DNA of 62,899 nucleotides, the filler included, from Choristocarpus tenellus KU-1152 (taxonomy: Eukaryota; Protista; Phaeophyceae): assembly GCA_964200185.2 (NCBI GenBank). It is 10 parts of 10 records of this genome, joined end to end, with 100 filler letters (N's around TTAATTAATTAA, not from the genome) between each part and the next. Parts side by side here need not be neighbours in the genome. Positions count along the whole stretch, not along the records: positions 37,884 to 46,864 come from CAXNAD020004132.1; positions 46,965 to 49,801 come from CAXNAD020024315.1; 8 more parts are not named here. One strand, 5' to 3'. Position 1 is the first letter of the stretch, and each line of letters starts with the position of its first letter. The position numbers were made by a program, and so were the translations under genes. The notes below the pieces were generated by a model. That model did not search any database and was not told the DNA's origin. It saw nothing but the letters and a program-made list of their open reading frames with translations. Positions 38,016 to 49,216 of this stretch are shown here, one piece after another.

Positions 38016-41000
38016 ATTGGCTCAGGTCATGGCAAGTTTGCATGCCTTGCACTTCAACACCTACTAGACTTGGAGGAGTTCTTACCTTTCCTGGAGGAAG
38101 AAGGCAAGGAGAGAGAAAAAGCCAACCCGACCACTAACAAAACTGAAGAAGAGATCGTGGGGGCCGAGGAGAGCGCCAATGGCGAGGAATCAGCGAATCG
38201 AACCTTGGGAAGTGGGCATAATAGTCATGCCTCCGGTGGGAGTCCTATGCCAGAGGAAGGAGAGATGGGGGAGGGGCAGGGTTTTGGTAATGGGAAGGGA
38301 GGCGTGGGTGTGGAGGCGAGAAAGTCAAGGTTGCCGTTCAAATACGTAGTTACGGATGTGGCTCAGGTGAGATGCTTTTGGGGGGGTTGAAAGGCCTGCC
38401 ACCTTACAAGTAGGGCTATGGATCAACCAGAGTTGGTTGGCATCATATACCTAGTTACACATCAAGTACATGGTTAGGTATGTAAGTACATGGTTAGGTA
38501 TGTGGCTCAGGTGAGATGCTTTTGAGGGGGTTGTAAGGCCTGCCACCTTACAAGTAGGGCTATGGATCAACCAGAGTTGGTTAACATCATATACCTAGAG
38601 ATTAGGACCAGGTGATTGTTGATCGATATATGGAGATGAATTAGTTTTTTGGGTTGTGGGGCCTGTAGGGGTATTGGAATGATCGAATGGTTTGCTGTGG
38701 TGTGTGAGGTATCAAGGCTTTTCTTAACCCTATAGCCCTACCCCTAAGAGAGGACCCTACAGGAGGTGAATTTTTATTTTTTTCTTTGAAAAAAGGATCC
38801 ATACATGTATGCTGTGTCATTGTGTAAGCCAATGAAAAATACCTTCCTGTGAAGGGTGCATGGCAAGTCTCAAAAGAAGTGTGTGTTGTTGGATGTTGTT
38901 CGCCTGCTTACATTGAAAACTGACCTTGATTTTATCAGCTTAAAAAAAAATAATGCTAGGGTGCTGATGAGTTGAAAAGGGCTCAATAATGAATAAAATA
39001 TGTGGATGTGATGGGTGTCAGTCGATGTTACTTTGTTTTCCAAAGTGTACTTAGGGTTAGGGTTAGTTTTAACGTGGGATGAGTTTGCTTTGTTTGAAAT
39101 AAGATAAATTACAGCACTACTACAGTAGTAGCATACATATTTTAATATTATTATTTGTTCCTGTAATTTTTATTTTATTCTTCTTCTTAGTATTGCTATA
39201 CTTCTGTGGTGCTACTATTATTGCCATTACTATTCCTATGATTTGATGATATCGGACTGTACTCTTAAGACCATACAGGTAAGTTCCCAGTAAACGATCT
39301 GTATCAAGAATCAGTATCAAGAGCTGTGCTATCTTTCTCATGCCTGCCTGATCTCACCCTTCATGTACACCCTAACACTTACCATCATTTGTGTCATTTG
39401 CATGAAACCCTAACCCTAGCCCCTAACACTGCAAGGAACTCTTGTTCACTTGCTTTGAGGTTTTGTGTTTCCATAGCAGGACCTCTAACCCTAACCCTAA
39501 CCCTTACCCTACATACTAGTAGTAGTGTAGAATTGGATTTCCTACAGTACTTAAGTCTCATGGCCCCCGGTGACCTTTCCACTATCACAGACCTTTCTAA
39601 CTCTTTGACGCCTCTTTGGTGTATGAGAACCTGTCACAAGCATGTCTTCGTTCCACCACCAACCCCCTCCCCTTCCCACAACTCCCATGTCGTGATACCA
39701 GTATCAATTACAGTATCAATCACCACATTAATTACAGTATCAATTACAATATCAACCACAATATCAATCACCGCATCAATCGCATCAATTGAAATATCAA
39801 CCACAATATCAATCACCACATCAATCACATCAATTGAAATATCAACCACAATATCAATCACCACATCAATATCATCAATTAATTATTAATCAATAATCAT
39901 TACAATTTCAACCACAGTATCAATTACAATATCAATTACATATCAATTACATTATCAATTACAATACCAATCACTTGACTGCAGTACGAGTTGTGGTTAG
40001 GGTTAGGGTTAGGGTCAGGGTTAGGGTTAGGGTTAGGGTTAGGGTTGGGTTGCATGGATGTGGTGTGATGCTGCAGGTGTTGGTTGTACTAAAATAATAA
40101 TAGTGTCGTTGTACGATATGTGTACATTCACATGTGTACATTCATATGTGTACATTCATATGTGTACATTCAATAAATGTAATAAATGTAATATAAATGT
40201 AATACATGTACATATATATGTGAAGGAGCAAAACTAAGTGGTATTGTAGAAAGGATGAACCTCAGCCAAAACACTTGACCAGTTCTACTATTTTCCATGT
40301 GGAGACCCTTAAACCCAACCCTAACCCTAACCCTAACCCTTTAAACCTTGAACCTGATGAATGCTTGAACTGTAGTACTGTGATTGACTCTTGGGAAGAT
40401 GAGGTACTGTTGAGATTCGAAAAACCTGGAACAGGGAGGGAGTTGCTAGTTTATGCGGAGCGTTTTCAGCATGTTTATTGCCTTTTTTTCTTTTTGTACT
40501 AAAGTGCTTGTGACAACGCCTGACAATGGTAGTACAATGCTCAGTTTCATCCTCTGAGGCTGGCTGCTTGTGTGTGCTCCTCATGACTGTTTTTTTAATA
40601 TAATAGTATATGGTAATATGCTAGTACTGTCGACTGTTGCCGACTTACTTACTTGTTGTGAGTTAGGGTTAGGGTTAGGGTTAGGGTTAGGGTTAGTTGC
40701 TGGTTTGTTGTTTTATGTGTTTGTGGAGTCTGTGACTCTTTTACAGATGTGTATTGTTATTGTGTCCTCTTACAAAAAAAAGATGTATACATAAATTTAT
40801 TGTCACCTCTGGTACTATAATGGTACTAATTTGGTACTATGGTACTATGGTACTATGGTACTACTATGGTACTATGGTACTATGGTACTACTATGGTACT
40901 ATGGTAATACTATGGTAATACCATGGTACTACTCTAGTACTACTATGGTAATACCATGGTACCACTCTAGTACTACTCTAGTACTACTCTAGTACTACTA

Positions 41001-43196
41001 TGGTACTAATTTGGTACTACTATGGTACTCTGGTACTACACTGGTACTACACTGGTACTGAATTAGTACTAATATTGTGTTTTGTGTATGGCAGGGTACA
41101 CTGGACTTTGTTCGGAGGCATCCATCGATGCAGAGGTTTGTGGAGATGGGCTTGCTAGAGGTGAGTGTTTGAGAGAAAAATCCCAGGGGTTAGGGAAAGA
41201 ATAGGTACTTACATAACGGGTTAGGGTTAGGGTTAGGGTTAGGGAAGCTTGCAGAGGCGGGAAAGAAAAATAGGGATGCCATGTGTGTTGAATGTTGTGT
41301 TGCTACTACACATGCCTTGAGCAACAGTGTATTTACTACTTCCTCAACATGCCACTTTGAATACCATGTTTTGAGATAGTAATTTACTATTACAGGACTG
41401 CATATCTACCAAGCTAACTGCTGGCATAACTCCTTCCCTCAACCTCCCTGTGAGGGACTACATATATGGGATAGAAATTGATACCTCGTGTGTCTCTTGT
41501 TTTTTCTTTTTTTCCCCAGATGTGCCCCAGAGCGCTCTACTCATAGCTCCAGAGCGCCAAGTTGCTGTGTTGCCCTCTGTTTTGTGTGCTTGCAATAATC
41601 TGCTGGCTCTCTCTGTGCTCCAGAGTAGTTATTAGATTGATGCTTTTGTAGGTGAAACTGTTGCAGTACTCTACAGTTGTGTCAGGATGATGATGAGGAT
41701 GTTCATTTGTTCTTTTATTTTATATATATATTTTATATCTATTTGAGGGTGGTGATTGGAGATTGATTGTCTTGAAGGCGATAGAGATAAGTTATGCTGC
41801 TTTCGGGTTCATCACTGACTACTCATTGCAGAAACATGAGCTGTTTTTCATCATCCTTGGCACATTTGTATACCCCAACCCCAACCCCAACCCTAACCCT
41901 AACCCTAACTCATCAATAGTCACTCCACTACGGTGTGCTCCTTAACCCTAACCCTAACCCAACCTGTTGTATTTCGAATGTTATCTTGTCTTCCTTAGGT
42001 GGCCCTGTTGGATGCGGAGGACCCTAACCCTCTGAATGACATCCATCTGCAGGTAACTTAGTAATAATAATAATACAACCTTCTGAATGACATCCATCTG
42101 CATGTAACTTAGTATTAATAATGACATTAATCAGAGGTCACTTCACCTTGACCCTAACCCTAGCCAGTATGATTATTTCAAGTAAACGAGTTGAGATGAT
42201 TGTGTGTGCGCATGCTCTCTCTCCTGTCTTCGAGTCTTTTTTTCTTATTTTTTATTTGTGATGGTGTGACAAGAAGTTAATATCGCTACTACAGTTACTA
42301 TGTATACAGTATTTTATTATTTTTTATGTGTGACAAGAAGTAAATATCGCTACTATAGTTACTGTGTATGTAGTGTTTGGACAGGGATGGTGTCGAGAGG
42401 GTAGGAAAATGAGTTGGATGGGGTTAGGGTTAGAGGGGACAATAGGGTTGTTGGCGTGGTCTTGTATGGTCTTTTTTGATCATCTTAGAATCCAAAACAT
42501 AAGTCTAGGGTTAAGGGTTAGTAGGTAGTGTTGCATATGGTCCCACTGCTACAGAGATAGGTATTAGAGAGGATGTATGCATTTGTTGTTGGAGAGGAGC
42601 CTTGGTGTACTAATTTTTTTGATGTGTTGATGTGTAACGGTGGGGGTGGTGGTGGTGCTGGAAACTGTTGCTGTGTGGAAGGAATGTTTTGAGGTAGTTG
42701 TTGAAATAGTTTATAACTCTTTCATTGAGAAAGAAGATGGTGTTGATGTTGCTCCAAACAAAACTGTGGTGAAGAGCCAGTTTACTTGACAGTTCTGGCC
42801 CATAATTTTGTTTTGAGAGGAAATCACTCAGAGATGAAGAAGTGCTCGAACACATAGTAATAACAACAACAATAATAATAAAAATAAGATAATAGTATAA
42901 AATAATAAAACAATAACAACAGTAATAATATAATAGTAACAAAACCATAATTAAAAATAATAAAACAATAACAGTAACAATAATAATAATAAAATAGTAA
43001 TAATAATTTTTCCTTGATAATAATAATAATAAAATTGTGTGTGTGCGTGTTTGCCCATGGTATGTTCGCAGATTTCAGGGGAAGTAGTGTTCCTGGATCA
43101 ACTCAAGAATCCTGTGGTGGCCATATGCAACTATGTGTTTGACTCTTTACTGCAGGATGCCTTCAGGATTAAGAACGGAGTTTTGTATGAGAACAG
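38016..43196 (+). CDS. SAM-dependent methyltransferase (MidA/NDUFAF7-like superfamily), four internal exons, partial
   Basis: Exons 38016-38366 (IGSGHGKFA...LPFKYVVTDVAQ), 41095-41160 (GTLDFVRRHPSMQRFVEMGLLE), 41999-42052 (VALLDAEDPNPLNDIHLQ), 43072-43196 (ISGE...NPVVAICNYVFDSLLQDAFRIKNGVLYE). GT-AG, phases match. GxGxG motif I and an N-x-x-F-D-S-L motif are present. Confidence 0.8.
39700..39975. repeat. Degenerate ATCAATTACA/ATCAACCACA minisatellite
   Basis: Directly visible repeated 9-12 nt units in an intron. Confidence 0.85.
40810..41070. repeat. (TATGGTAC/TACTCTAG)n minisatellite just upstream of an acceptor site
   Basis: Repeated 8-11 nt units. Confidence 0.9.
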
Positions 43197-44599
43197 GTAT
43201 GTATGTTTGGGATGTTATGTTTGGGGTGCGCTGACAATTGGTTAGGGTTAGGGTTGCCTTGCTGACTCATTGGTGAGTTTGTTTGTGGTTAGGGTTAGGG
43301 GTGTGTGAGCTTGCTTCAGTGGCAGGCGTTTCTGTCACTGTGGTGATACATGTCAGTACCTGCAAGTTAATGGTATTAGTGGTAGTTAGGGTTAGGGTTA
43401 GGGTTAGATTGCGTTGTGAAGCTCTGGACTTCCTCACTCCTTAACCCTAGGATATTCATAGGAAGGGTTAGGGTCAGGGTTAGGGTTAGATTGCTTGTGT
43501 GAAGCTCTGGACTTCCTCACTCCTTGATCCCAGAATGTTGATAGTAAGTTAAGAATATGCCTTGTTGAGTGTTTGGGAGTATCAGTGTCAGCTGGGGTGG
43601 GGTTTGATGACCAGTTGAACAGGGTTAGGGTTAGGGTTAGGGTTATTAAAGGCATCCCACTAGTATGTTCCCTGCGTTTGTTAGTGTGTCTTGGTAAAAA
43701 GAATTACAGAATGTACTTTGTTCCCACTCTGTGGTGTTTGTACAAGGACAGGGGCTCGTTTATGCTGCCACAACATGGTTGGAGGGAGGGAGTATTTTAT
43801 AGTGGGAGATGATGCTATTTTGAGTCTCAGGATTAGTAGAGTTCTCAGTAGGTGCTACTGAATGCTTGAAAAAGAATGAACAGTTGTATATGTGATTTAA
43901 GATTTCTGAATGTTATCAGGCGTTGGTGCTGTTGGAAGGCAAGATGTTAGGGTTAGGGATAAGGTTGAAGAGGGGGCGAGTCGTATTTCCTGTCCAGTCC
44001 TATCTTCTTCATGTCCAGTTTTTGATGTAAGCAGACACATCTTTGTATCGATGTATGATGTAGATGTCCAACCCTTTTTTTTTATTGTTTCAAAGTTATC
44101 CTGAGTCCACCAGGGCTCTGTGGCCATCACCAGCACACCATGCCTTCATAGCCATCACCACCACACCACCCCTTCATAGTCATCACCCCAAATTCCTACC
44201 CTCTCAAGCTATCCTCAGTTCAGAGATAAGGGTTAGGGTTCCCACTATAGCTGTGTGGGAGCCAAGACCGCCTCTGGTCTCAACAATTTCGAGATCCTGT
44301 TGATGTGATTGGTTCCTCTTGGGTACAGGAAGTGAATCTGATTGGTTGTGGGGAAACCGTCCAGATCCTTTCTGAATGCTCTATCCTCTGAACCACTTTC
44401 ACCTATAATGTGATTGTGATTGACTAACTTGTTTTGTGAAGTATTCTGGTGGGAGGTCTGTTGTGATGCCTATGCCTTCTATTGGCATTGATTGTTTCTG
44501 ATCTACTCTCTTCTCATGGACTCTTTCTTTTTTGAAGATAAAATTATTATTTTTTGGTGTTTTGTTTTAAATTTCTAGGGTTAGGGTTAGATAGTCAGG

Positions 44600-45000
44600 A
44601 AGTACAGTATAGTGTGGTAACTATGTAGTTTTACATTATTGTGTCATTCGTATATAGTTATTTAAGTATAGTGTGTACATAGTTACTAAAGTATAGTGTA
44701 GTAAGTACATAGCTTTTACACTATAGTGTGGTACGTATATAGTTATTACAGTATAGTGTGGTACATACATAGTTTTTGCAGTATAGTGTAGTACGTTTAT
44801 AGTTATTACAGTATAGTGTAGTATGTCTGTAGTTTTTTTGCAGTATAGTGTAGTACGTATATAGTTAATGCAGTATAGTGTAGTGCATATATAGCTTTTA
44901 AACTATAGTGTAATGCGTATAGAGTTATTGCAGTATAGTATATTATGTAACTTTTAAACTATAGTGTAGTATGTATATAGTCTTTACACTATATTGTAAC
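44600..45000. repeat. About 30-bp minisatellite (tatagtgtagtac..atatagtt)
   Basis: About 13 degenerate tandem units. Confidence 0.85.
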
Positions 45001-45789
45001 ACATTCGTGATTTTACAAGTTGACTAAAATTGTTCCCAGATGAGGGCAATCTGTGTGAAGTGGGGGCAGCTTTGGCTTTTGATGAAGTGATCAGATGATC
45101 AGTATTATTTGTTTCATAGGATCTTTAAAGAACTTTCAAGAATTTTTCTTCTTTGAAGAGAACACAGATATTCGACGCACTCTGCTCATGGGAGACACTA
45201 ACTGAAATGTATGTATCTCTCTCTGCATGTTACTGTGTGGGATTAGTCTTCCAGTCTGTGTTGATTGATTGATGCTTGGGTCGCTGAGGAATTGAAGGAT
45301 TGAAGTTGATAGGTTGATGTTGATTGATTGATGTTGATTGATGTTTGTGCTCATGGAGGGTAATCATTTTATTTTTTCAAGTGTCTACTATGGCTGCCAT
45401 GTCTCCATCCACCTCTCTACTCACATCCTCCTCCTCCCTAACCCTAAGCTGGCTATCTTCATTATCCTTATTTGTATTGACCTTGAAGTTCTTCAAGTGG
45501 GCACGTTCGGAAGCTCAGGGTTCGGGCTAGTACAACTCTTTTTTTTCTTCTTTCCCCCCCCCCCCACCGCCCCGCGCCCTCCCCANNNNNNNNNNTTTTT
45601 TTCTTTTTTTTTTTTTTTTTTTTTTTTATGGTTGTCGCGGGGGGGCGGTCCGCGGCCGCGGGTGGCATCTCCTTTTTTTTTTTTTTTTCCCCCCCCCCCC
45701 CCCCCCCCCCCTTTTTCAGGAATATTCCAGGAATATTCCAATCCCTTTCCGATATTTCTTTTTCTTTTTCTGAGAATTCAATGGATCCA

Positions 45790-46560
45790 TCTTCTCGCAG
45801 AGTCATTGTAACCCCACTTGTGATAGCCCCCCCCATACGTACGGGATCTCGCTGGTATCTCATAAACGCCGTTCGAATTTTTGGTAAAACCGAGAGACCG
45901 TGGTGGGGTGCAGTTCCCAGTTCCCACCTACCATGGGGAATATTCCGCTGAGTTCATCGGAATCAGGATCGACAGCCCTGAGGTTGAGATTATTCCTCAC
46001 CCGATTGGTCAATCCCCAAACCGGCTTCTCAACCTCTAGATGACATCCCTGTGCGTCCCATTCGGTAGGAGTCACCTCCCCTTCAGATAAAAGGTGTACC
46101 CTTTTCGAAACATGAGTGAAGGTTCTGGTGTCTTTCTAAACCTCTGCACTAGTAGTGTGGATACAGATTTTTGTGAGACTTGACTTGCCCTTCACAGGGC
46201 TCTACCCCGCTGTGAAGGCTCCTAACCCTTACCCTAACCCTAACCCTAACCCTAACCCCAATTGTGGTACCCCTCCAAGGGGTGACTTCCATCTGGTACA
46301 TCGCCTGGGAATACTGGGAAACCCACCTTGAAAGTTGGATTTCGAGGTTCCCAACTACCGTATGGATGAGTCCCTTTGCTTTGTTTGGATGTCTACAGCT
46401 CGAGATTGCTGCATGCCCCTGATTTTTGCAAGCCCTAACCCTATAGCCCTAACCCTAACCCTTTTCACGTACAACTATGCGTAACGGCTAGGAAATTTCT
46501 GGCGATGATGAGCATTGCTGTGGAACACAGGGGTCATGATTCTTCCAACTGCGCCACTCG
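45790..46560 (-). mobile_element. Possible DIRS/Ngaro-type retrotransposon RNase H-region remnant
   Basis: CHLEVEKPVWGLTNRV...DSDELSG...GNWELHPTTVSRFYQKF resembles the DIRS (H)xPGxxNxxADxLSR...WxLxPxxF pattern; degenerate and interrupted by telomeric tracts. Confidence 0.35.
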
Positions 46561-47011
46561 TTGTGTACAGGGTTAGGGTTAGGGTTAGGTTAGGTTAGGG
46601 TTAGGGTTAGGGTTAGACTTTGCTTGTGATGCAGCGAGAGTGACACACAGAATTAAAAAAATGCCCTTTTTTTTCTATGAGATGTGGGCTAGAAACTGAT
46701 TTATTTATTTATTTTTCCTACTATTATATTATAATTTTACCAACTTTGGTCCTTTCTTAACTAGTGATATATTGTGATGTGTGAATGTGAAGTGTTGCCC
46801 GTACTATACTCCCTGACCTCGTAGGGGTCTGTTTCCCCCCCCCCCCTCCCCCCCCCCCCCCCCCNNNNNNNNNNNNNNNNNNNNNNNNNNNNNNNNNNNN
46901 NNNNNNNNTTAATTAATTAANNNNNNNNNNNNNNNNNNNNNNNNNNNNNNNNNNNNNNNNNNNNATGGTTCTTCTTGTGGTCGTTGTTCGTGGTGCGGGG
47001 GTGGGTGGGGG

Positions 47012-47048
<37 letters not shown>

Positions 47049-47495
47049 GGGGATCGATCTGCGGCGTGTACACTCACACGGGCACGGTGAGACGAAATCG
47101 GAACAATCGGCACCACTCTCCCTCCACACCTTTATACTTCAAACCAACCAGAACGTTTTCAAAAAAGCACACAAAAAAAAAAATTAAAAGAAGAAAAAAT
47201 TGACCCTTGCAGAGTTCGTCGTTTTAACACCCTTAAAACTTATACATTGAAAACGCCTGAGAATAAACACGACACGACAAGCAACAACAGATATATATAT
47301 ATATATATGAAAAAAAAAGAAAAGGCGTCTTACAAGTGTATATTTTTTAAGTGTTTGGCAGAAGAGAGTAGTGTGCGGTAAGGCTTGGTTAGCTACATAC
47401 CCCGACTCTTGAAGTGCATTGTTGGAGTCAAGGTAAAGGTATTCGATATGAAAAAAATATATCATTACCACATGAAACGTAGAACACAGACTCAC

Positions 47496-49216
47496 TAGGT
47501 GCAATCCGGATGTTCCTCTCGCCGTCCAAAATTGCCACTGTCAAGTCCACAGCGTACAAAACCATGAACAGGGCATGAGCCTTAAACACCGACCGGCTCC
47601 ATTGGTATGCCAGAGCTATCATGAAGAAGTCAAAGAGCAGAAATACCAACAGGGGCACCTCTATCGCCAGAGCCCTCTCTTGGGAAATGAACCTGACCGC
47701 GTACTCATCCTGTCGTAGTGTTCATGTAGAGATAGTTAGATACCAACGTGAACAAGGACCTAGATACGGTCCGACCAAGGTAGGGCTGAGGGCAACATCG
47801 AGAGTGTGGGCACAAAATGGAGAGGGTTTCCATATGTGAAGCATAGCTCGTCAGCAAGAATAACTTCTCTTGGGTCCAACCAAACAGGGCATAATATCGT
47901 CTACTGAGTAGACAATCCATGCTGCTCAGGAAGCGTCTGAAGAGCGCTCCAATCTGATGCATCACGGAATAGAAACCTTACTACAAGTACGACATGAGCA
48001 CAGATGCGAACGGTTTTTTTATTTCATCATTCGCCAACCATCGCCAAGAAGGCGACAAATAACATTACCGAAAGGGAAGGTAGGGGACAGGCAGTACCAG
48101 TAGACTAAGATCGTTTGAGATTAGTCATAATTAGCTCAGAAAGGCAGTAGCAAGTGAATATCTAGCCCAAACACTGGTGAAACGAGAGGCTAATCACAAT
48201 ATCGTCATCCCCATGTTAGGGAACCGATGGGAGATGAGCCTATTTTGTTATTGTGATGCTATTGGTTGCGGTTCTCTGGCACCATAGTAGCAATGGTAGT
48301 TTCGGTGTACATTTCCAGCTTTGGCAAGAGGGAGGTAATGCATCCCTCTCCATTCTCAACGCAGTCGGATGTTGTGTCTTTCCATAAGTGCACCTGGAGG
48401 CAAGGATGTGCAGGATCCTTCTCACACCATGTAGGAGTCTCAAAAAAAGTGAGCACCACCAAACCCACGATAGCAAGCACAGAGAATGGGCGCAGGTGCA
48501 GGCTGAGGTGGTGGCAGCAGTGGCTTAGTTTTGTCGGCAATGGCTTGGCCCTTCGGACCCCTGCAGAGCGTGATGAAAGGTGTGTACCCATACGAGTTGG
48601 GTCATGATACAGTTAGGGGCGAGGATATCGAGATAACGGTACCAAGGACTTACGCCTGGATGTGAGAAAGAGGAAGTGAAGGTATTGAAAAACATACGAC
48701 TGAAATTGAACATGCCAGATACAACTTCCACCTTGTATTGCCTCAAGAACGAGAACGGCAGCATCCTCAATGTCCATCTTGGGCACAAGCCTCTCCGACT
48801 CCTTCAGGACGTGTCTATAGCAGTGTCGCATCTGTGCGGGAAAATCAGCCTACTGATAAGTGCATTCACCGATGATTTCAACATCGACTGAGCCTGCCTT
48901 GCTTTTCGAAGTGACAACCAGTGAGGCATGACACATACACAGACACACATATACATATTCCCGTACAAAATCTATGTGTATCATTGTCATGCCCTATTGA
49001 CGACAACATACAATATGTACCGGTATTAGCCACTGGAGTGACATATGTTTCCATCTCGAACGGGTAGGACACATGGAACCCCACTTCAAATTACTCCTCG
49101 TATTTCCAGATCAACATTCTGGCTTCTAATAGATAATAAGACGAGCTTACCACTCCGTCTTCAGCGAGGACACCCTTTATCAAAGTGTGCCTGCGCTTAT
49201 GGTTTGCATCTGCCAT
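47496..49216 (-). CDS. TPC: Two-pore channel, 5' part (N-terminus to start of IS4); remainder not in this contig
   Basis: Exons 49151-49216, 48732-48831 (DIEDAAVLVLEAIQG), 48394-48560 (LVVLTFFETPTWCEKDPAHPC), 47496-47709 (ALAIEVPLLVFL...LYAVDL...NIRIAP). Phases consistent. FFExPxWC and RIAP match plant/algal TPC1 domain I. Confidence 0.8.

Larger units (their letters stand above)
39051..46616. repeat. Dense field of interstitial telomeric tracts on both strands
   Basis: Examples: 39051-39065, 39407-39428, 39486-39510, 39995-40050, 40312-40340, 40662-40696, 41218-41244, 41873-41909, 41942-41962, 42421-42433, 43240-43256, 43384-43407, 43463-43489, 43621-43643, 44577-44590, 46221-46259, 46433-46461, 46569-46616. 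Confidence 0.95.

Noticed and set aside
39326-39889. 187-aa Ile/Thr/Ser-rich ORF
   Set aside because: Open only because of telomeric and minisatellite repeats within a methyltransferase intron.
46975-47135. Next TPC exon
   Set aside because: No phase-compatible frame gives the expected S4 continuation, and it lies at a low-complexity contig end.
13784-49216. Functional gene cluster (MPI, PPR, VWD-like, methyltransferase, TPC)
   Set aside because: Each gene is on a different contig separated by artificial spacers.
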